Origin: Saprolegnia diclina VS20
Lineage: Eukaryota
Assembly (NCBI RefSeq): GCF_000281045.1
Contig: NW_008246078.1
Location: 586,823-650,822, forward strand
Length of the DNA: 64,000 nucleotides
Reading direction: 5' to 3'
The notes beneath the pieces are model-generated. The model saw only the letters and a program-made list of their open reading frames with translations. It was not told the DNA's origin and ran no database searches. Positions 57,312 through 64,000 of this stretch are shown piece after piece (position 1 is the stretch's first letter; every line of letters begins with the position of its first letter). The position numbers and the translations under genes were made by a program.

Positions 57312-57542
57312 ATGGCAACCCGCTACTACTTTGAGATTGGCCCCCAAAACGTTGTCGTGACCTTTTCTGGGACGCCGACGGTCGCGGATGCCCGAGAGCT
57401 GCTGCAGCCCAAGGGTTACATTACTAAGGCGACGCCGTTCTATCGCCCTCATGGTGAACACTCGTACGAGGTCGACCGCAAGAGCGAAGCCGTCATGCCC
57501 CTCACCGAATTGAAGCGTGCGGATGGAACCATTGGCATATGA
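57312..57542 (+). CDS. Small putative ubiquitin-fold protein, cluster member 7
   Basis: YYFEI..PTVADARELLQPKGYI..F..YEVDRKSEAVMPLTELKRADGTI; closest to member 2. Confidence 0.65.
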   Translation: MATRYYFEIGPQNVVVTFSGTPTVADARELLQPKGYITKATPFYRPHGEHSYEVDRKSEAVMPLTELKRADGTIGI

Positions 57543-57730
57543 CAGTCACCAGCCAACGCCTGACAGCACCGCGCGCTGGTTCAATCGTATCGTCTGGGAT
57601 GTAAGGTGTGATTATCCATTCATCGATATGTTCGAGTATTGTTGCCCCTACACAGCGATTGCATAGCATTGAAGGATCCTTGTCGACGGGCGGGAAGATA
57701 TTACGATAGAATAGAACGTGTCATTTTTCG

Positions 57731-58148
57731 CTATTTACGAGACTGCTTGACGCGAAGCCGTACGTGGTCTAATGCCTCGAGGTCCGGGTAGTCGGTGATC
57801 GTATACGGGTCGATCAGCGTCGTGTCACGGTGCAAGAGTTTCTACTCGCCGCCCAATAAGACACCAAATACGATCTTAGAGCGCACCAGCGACTCCATAG
57901 GCAAGTCAAACTCCATCGAGAGGTAGCTCTTGAGCACAGCAATGGTTTGTCCCTTCTTAAACTAGCGACACCATTTTTGTGGGAAGGAATTCGAGAGAGA
58001 ATGGTACCTTTTCCTGGACTTCCGAGCCGTCGGGCAGCTCAAAGACAATGTCAATGTCCTCCTCCTGGAGCCGGCGCGCATCGTCGACCTTGGATTCTTC
58101 GTCGGGCACGTCTCGGGTCGTCGGGATCGCAAGCTGGAGCTTCTCCAT
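57731..58148 (-). CDS. Ubiquitin-like domain protein, 3 exons
   Basis: Spliced ..IDIVFELPDGSEVQEK/FKKGQTIAVLKSYLSMEFDLPMESL/KLLHRDTTLIDPYTITDY..VRLRVK*. Canonical UBL pattern without a C-terminal GG. Confidence 0.8.
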
Positions 58149-58894
58149 CCGTGGTGGTTTTGCAAAAATCGGTTGCACACCGCAATTTACTGTTGAAAAT
58201 CACGCTATTTTCGTAGTTTGGCCAAGGACACTGTTTGCTCCAGTGCGTTTCGTTTGCAGGTACTCGGATCCCGTATATAATGGGTTCGTCACACGAGCTT
58301 TGTCGGTGCGACCAGATTGCTCGACGCGCGCCCGTGTCTCTATTGCGAGACCCGTGACGATGCAACCACAACGCAAGACCAGCTGCAGCGGGTGTTTACG
58401 TGTCTTCCGCCTTGACCAAGCAGACTCGCAGCCTTCCCGGCTTTTGCGACGCACGCAAACAACATGGTTGCACGAAGCATTACGACCGCCCATACTGTTT
58501 CAATGTCTCAAGTTCCAACGTCGATAGCAGGCTTTCATGCTTCCTCTCGTGCGTAGAGCCTTTCTCGACGTACTAGGCGCTTGTAAATGGATTCGTCGTG
58601 GTGGCTTTCGACCTTTGTTCGGCTCTTTTACCAGCTCTCGAGCGTGGCGTACTGGAGGCTGTGCATCCGAGGTTACTAAATATCATCGTATCAATTTGAA
58701 ACAGCCAATCAGATGTCTCTATTATGCAGATTATGCAATGCATTTAAATTCGTAAACTTGATACACTGATATGATCGGCTGTGGTCTGCACTCTCGCACG
58801 CCCTCGTTGGTTGGGAGGGTGCTTTGATCGTACGGACGCAAAAGCAACTTTTCTCATTTTCAATTCGTCGCCTTCGAGCAACCAAACAAGCTGC

Positions 58895-59815
58895 ATGTCG
58901 ACTCTCGTCACGCCGAAAAACGAGTGGACGATCGCCATGGTTGGCCTCTCAACGTTGTACATTTTGGGCCTCAGACAACGTTTCGCCTTAGGTCGATAAG
59001 CTCATGAAGATCGTACGAGGCGAGAAGACGTGGGAAGAGGTCGCAGCTGCATTCTGGCCGCACAATGGTCCCTCTTGTCGCCAGCGGTTCTACAGCACGC
59101 TGGCCAAAGTCCATGGTCGGTGGAGCGACCTCGAGATGCGTTGGCTGTTGTTTGCCATGTTTCTGACACGAACGCGTCGCCAACCATGGCTTTTGATATC
59201 GGACATTGTCAATACCCGCTGGTGCGCAATGAATGCTATACTCGGGCGTGACGGTGCTTATGGTCTTGTTGTTACCGCCAATGCATCTATAAATGGCGCC
59301 AACTCTATGCGAAAGGCTTGGCAACGTTTGCGTGGGGGCCGCCGGCGGATTCGACAACCGAGCAACAAGAAGCCATCACGAGAGCAAGAATGACGACGAC
59401 GGACGATCTCGAGATGCGCCGTGGGCTCGCGGCGCAGCTGACGGGGCTAAACATTCACACGGCGCACGAGTGGTCGATGACGTTCACGGACGAAGGCAAC
59501 GACCCATTGTGGCGCGAAATCATGGCGCTCGACACGATCGAGGCGGACGATTTGCAGTCGGCGTCGACTCCTCATCTCTCGATGAGCGCCATCACGATCC
59601 ACGAGCCTTCCTCGGCCGAGACCACACGCTCAGTGCCAAGCGTTGCCCCCGGCGTCGCTTCGCCGCGCATGGCCGTCCCGAGCTCGGGCGACTTTTCGCA
59701 CTGGTTCCACCGCGAGATTATTCTGCGTATGCAGTCCCGGGGGCCGTCGACGCTGAATGAGCAGCATGGTCAAGACAACAACTCGACACAAACCGGTTTG
59801 CTACACGCACACTAA
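58895..59815 (+). CDS. Myb-like (two-repeat) DNA-binding protein, 3 exons; second intron has a non-canonical acceptor
   Basis: EWTIAM/VDKLMKIV..TWEEVA..SCRQRF..GRWSDLE..PWLLISDIVNTR/CYRQCIYKW. Intron 1 (58940-58991) is GT-AG; intron 2 (59222-59271) is GT-TG. Confidence 0.7.
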
Positions 59816-59926
59816 TTTGTGAGCGATTTACCTCTATACATCTATACATAAACCTCCAACATATGATCCTCCGTATACCATTATATTATCCGGCAGCGTC
59901 AAATTGCGAGTGCAGTCTTTGCAGCA

Positions 59927-61884
59927 ATGTTGCGCACGGCCAGTCGACTCGCGCGCCGCCGAACGTCATGGCAGCCGACGCGCCTCGTGTCGAGCGAGAG
60001 CTTGAGCTTCCCGCGCACCAAGCTATCGTACCTCAGCAGTAGGCTCAAGCGCCCGGAAGCTGCCTTTGAGCCGTTCATTGCTACGCTCGAGGACAACTGG
60101 TACACGAGCGAGGCCGACGTCTTGGCGCTCACGTCCGCCGACGCGGCGACACTCCACATTCCGCTGCGCATTCTGCAGCTGCTTCAGGAAGGCGCACCGG
60201 TCGCGGCGCCAGTCGTACATGACACGTTTGAGCCCGAGCCCGTGGCGGCGCCCGAACCGACACCCGCCGCCGCCACGCTGCCGGTCGTCGACTTGAGCGC
60301 GGTTTTGACGCCACCAACGCGCGCCAAGTACGAGTCCATCCGCATTGGCAAGAAGAAGCAAGACACGTACGGCCTGACGGTGGCCGAGACGCCCGAGGCG
60401 CTCCAGCTCGAGCTCAATCGCTTCTTGGCGTACATGACGACGCCGTCGCTGGGGCAAATGGAGCCGCCCATTCGCATGGTATTACCTTTGAATCTGAATT
60501 GTCTTGAATGATCTGGTGTTCTAGAGCACGGCGGAGCCGTACATTCGATTGGTTCGGCTTGCGCTCGGGTATGCACGCGACCACACCGAGATGCAAGGAG
60601 TACGAGTCTCAAACCTGGTCTCGCAATGCCACAGTTAATGATGTTTACGTAGCCCTTGACGCTGCAAACGCTGATCCCGTCGGCCGAAGCGAAGTCAGCC
60701 GAGGTCATCTTTCAGTACATTCAGTGGCTCCGCCTCGAGCGCAAGGCCGCGCCCAACTACTGCGCCAACATGCTTCGAGCGCTCCTAAAGCTCGCCAAGT
60801 ACCTCTACGGTCGCGGCAGTAAGCTCGATCCGACGTACGGCGACAAGGCCTTTGACGATATTCCCGTGATTCGCGAGCTGCGCAAGATGCACAAGACCAC
60901 GTCGTTGCAGTCGGGCCAGTCGCATCGCGCGGTCGATGAAGAAAAGGTGCGTCGACCACATCCCACTTTACGGAAAATAGGACGAATTCGACTAGAAATG
61001 GCTCGCGTGGCCCGACTTTTTGGGTGTTGTCGAGGCGCTCAAGCTCGAATGCAAGGAGACCACCGAGAACGACAAGCCGCGCACCAAGTCGGTTTATATG
61101 ATTTTATGACATTATTGCTGTCACAAAGACGATTTTGACGCGTGGTGTAGGTATGCGATTGCACAGAGCTATCAAAAGTGCGTCATGCTGGGCATTTTCT
61201 CGGGCATTCCGGACCGTCAGCGCACGCTGCGCGAGATTGAGATTGGCCGAACGCTGCATCAAAATGCGACCGGGCAGTGGATCATCACGCATGGCCCGGA
61301 CGACTACAAGACGGGCAAAGCGTATGGCGAGCGTCCGCCGCTGGTATGGTGCTTCTTGTATATTTTTGTCCATACGGGCGATTTCATGGAATATGTCGTA
61401 GGTCATTCCCGACCATATTGTGCCCTATTTGAACGAGTTTTTGACCACGTGGCGCAAGGAGCTGAATCCCGTGGATAGCCACAACTTTTTGTTTTGCAAC
61501 ACCAAGGGCGAACAAGCGACGGCCGACTTTATCTACCGCACGTTTACACGCGCCATTTACCGTGTACGACATTTTGTTTTGCGTGATTCGGTATGGATTT
61601 GTGACACGTTAGCACACGGGCAAGAAGACCAACCCGCACTTGCTCCGCGACAGCATCGTGACCTACTTGCGCGGCCAGAGCTCGGCGACCGAGAAGGACC
61701 TGGAAGCCCTCGCCATCTACATGGGCCATAGGTATTTATCATGGGATTTGTGGTGGTATTTTACGTCTATTTTCCTAGTTTGCACATGCAAAAGAGCTCG
61801 TACGATCGTCGCACCAAGTCGCAAAAGGTCGCGCCCGCGATCGAGCTCATTCAGTCCATCAAGCCGGCCATTTTGAAAAAATAA
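59927..61884 (+). CDS. Tyrosine recombinase (phage-integrase superfamily), 8 exons, putative mitochondrial presequence
   Basis: Exons 59927-60478, 60525-60599, 60653-60946, 60996-61087, 61151-61343, 61402-61563, 61613-61731 and 61779-61884 splice in frame. Motifs IPDRQR, DYKT, NPHLLRD, YMGHS and SYDRR. Confidence 0.88.
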
Positions 61885-62741
61885 AGAGCAAAAATGACAT
61901 GGATTCACCTTGTGCATGCTCGTGTCGACGTCTTGTGGGCGCCCACAAGGAATATTTCAAAGATATTTCGTCTTTGTTGGTTGTCGTTGAAGCGTGTGAA
62001 TGGCTCGCGGTATCCTGAATAGCAAAGCTTGCTTGCGTGTCGTGCAATTGCGATCTGAGATGCGACGAACCGAATTGGTTGGGAATTGGATTCCGAGCGG
62101 AATGGAATTTTTAACAAAATTTACGGACTCAATCGTGGCGACTGTCGAACTCTAATAGCCTCGATGATAGCAGCAGACTACAACTAGTCTAGTCTTAGGC
62201 TACCACGAAATGGCGCTTATTGGTTGACCCAATTTCGCATAGAGATGGTCCTATCAAACGGCCGGTGTACTGGAGAATCAATCTGGGCCACCTTCATCAA
62301 GACACAAATGACATGCGTTTCGTCGCTCGACGAGCCATCTCAGCTCGCTCTTCCTCTCGCTGGCTACCAGAATTAAATAATTAGTCGGCAAGGAGCCAAT
62401 GTAGTGATGTCAACGCCCCTTATACAATCCAGCAAGTTGGCGTCTTTTGAAATTGCTTTTTGCATTTTATTATCAACCCATCCAACGGTCAACTACAGTG
62501 TAGACGACGGCCATGCTTGATACCATCGGTATACAAACGCCAAGGCATTTGCACCGGCCCTCGCATCGACCGCACCGCGTCACCCGACGACGGCCAAGAT
62601 GACCGTATCCGAGTAGCCATCTTAAGCTGGCGCGCGTTTGATTGGCCAAAACTGAGCGCGTCCTCGCATTTGATTGGCGGAATGAACCACGCTGGGTTTT
62701 TCAAGCTGGTTGCCATTTCCCTACTGCCCCGACCGAGCCCA

Positions 62742-63074
62742 ATGATCTCGATCCGCCCGACCGCCATCGCCCACATCTCGCAGCTGCTCGCGACCGCCAT
62801 GGACGACGCCGAGACCGCGCTGCATGGCTCCATGGACCCGCTCCGCGACATGGCGCTCTTCCGCCACCGCCTGCATGCCATCAACTCGTACATGATGGAC
62901 GCGGTCAAGGCCGCCAAGAACCGCCCGTCGGACGAGGCCAACATGTACATGACAATCGAGTTCCTCCACGAGATGCAGACCAAGCTCGCGCAGGCCGAAG
63001 CCATCGAGCACCAGTTCACGCAGCTCGTCGAGACGCGGCCACACACCGCGCTCCTTAGCGCCCTCGCGACGTAA
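62742..63074 (+). CDS. Hypothetical helical protein (110 aa)
   Basis: Strong GC3 codon bias from MISIRPTAIAH; CCAAT boxes just upstream. Confidence 0.65.
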   Translation: MISIRPTAIAHISQLLATAMDDAETALHGSMDPLRDMALFRHRLHAINSYMMDAVKAAKNRPSDEANMYMTIEFLHEMQTKLAQAEAIEHQFTQLVETRPHTALLSALAT

Positions 63075-63192
63075 ACGCTACCCGACCTGCCTGTCTTAAC
63101 TTAGCGTCGCGTCTGCCTGCATGTCTTGCTATGAAGGACTGAATATACCATTCGACCTTGATGATGATGATCCTACGTATGCATTGCTGGGT

Positions 63193-63486
63193 CTTGCACC
63201 GCGATCTCCAGTCGCTGACGCCGCCTCAGTCGCTGGCGTCTCTCAAGGACCTTGACAAACTGCGTAGCTTTGCCGCCGACCGCGACGCCTGAAAGGACTT
63301 ACTGTTGTCCAGTGCCTCTCCCACGGCCACACGCGTCGTAGGGCGACAACAGAAGAGCCCCTGCGGCGCCGCCTGCGCAACCACGGCCCGGCGAGCGCAT
63401 GAAGAAGGAGGAGATTGCTAGTTGCTACGTCTGCAAAGTCTACTAACAACAAAGATAACGCGAAAGACGACCATGTATATGTATAC
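63193..63486 (+). mobile_element. Older 5'-truncated RTE-type LINE 3' end of the same family, not inverted
   Basis: LHRDLQSL..LKDLDKLRSFAADRDA*KDL with a premature stop. 3' UTR is homologous to copies 1 and 2 and ends in atgtatatgtata. Candidate TSD tgctgggt at 63185-63192 and 63487-63494. Confidence 0.75.
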
Positions 63487-63672
63487 TGCTGGGTAAGGAA
63501 GCTCGTGCGGGGCGATCGCTATGCGACTCACTGGGCGATACGAAACCAAGGTCCATCATTGAATACTGATAAGTAAAATACGTTAAACGATTAAGATTAC
63601 AACCACCCGTCAAGGAACACGAGAGCTCTAGGAGCACGCAGGACAGCGTCGTGTGGTCGCTGGTCACTCGCG

Positions 63673-64000
63673 CTACTTGATGCACGGGAAAGGCTGGACA
63701 TGCGGCATGTCGTCCATGAGCTTGAGCGCGTTGAGGTACTGCGTGTTGACATGCACCCAGTCCTTCTCAAGTAGCCCTTCGGTCCACGAACCTTGGACTG
63801 AGCTCGGGTTGTACTCATACCCGCTCTCGGGGTTGAGGGACCACATGTAGCCACCGGCGTACCCGGGCGTCTTGAGCATGCGCAGCACATTCTGTGTCAC
63901 GCGCTGCGTCGTCTTCTTCTCGTGGGCGTCAAGTGTAAAGAGGCCGCCAAATTCGCCGAGTACGAGCGCGCCGTCCTGGACGTGGCGGAGGTACCCAAAC
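63673..64000 (-). CDS. Glycoside hydrolase family 5 endoglucanase, C-terminal part
   Basis: FGYL..LVLGEFGG (nucleophile Glu), YMWSLNPES and GLLEKDW. Runs off the window edge. Confidence 0.9.
   Translation of the reverse strand, partial: FGYLRHVQDGALVLGEFGGLFTLDAHEKKTTQRVTQNVLRMLKTPGYAGGYMWSLNPESGYEYNPSSVQGSWTEGLLEKDWVHVNTQYLNALKLMDDMPHVQPFPCIK

Overview
Gene-dense, GC-rich eukaryotic DNA with many short (about 45-60 nt) GT-AG introns. Gene content and expanded families point to an oomycete, most likely Saprolegniales (Saprolegnia/Achlya-like); this assignment is inference. Housekeeping genes include NIP7, RPS16, a mitochondrial carrier, a PIG-Z-like mannosyltransferase, EMC8/9, a MED28-like protein, an ankyrin-DHHC palmitoyltransferase, NDUFA1, a CNBP-like protein, a CFAP141-like protein and a GH5 cellulase. 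The most striking items are: (1) an 8-exon tyrosine recombinase with a complete R-K-H-R-H-Y catalytic set and a mitochondrial-presequence-like N-terminus; (2) an NLR-like protein with TIR-TIR-NACHT-SH2 architecture; (3) a cluster of seven small, divergent, probably ubiquitin-fold paralogues beside a spliced UBL gene; (4) two independently inserted RTE-type LINE derivatives, each with its own target-site duplication, sharing an inverted RT fragment; (5) a ~105-bp-arm intergenic hairpin; and (6) a tandem gene pair with an unrecognised 8-ligand Cys/His repeat. Exon boundaries were read by eye and no database searches were run.
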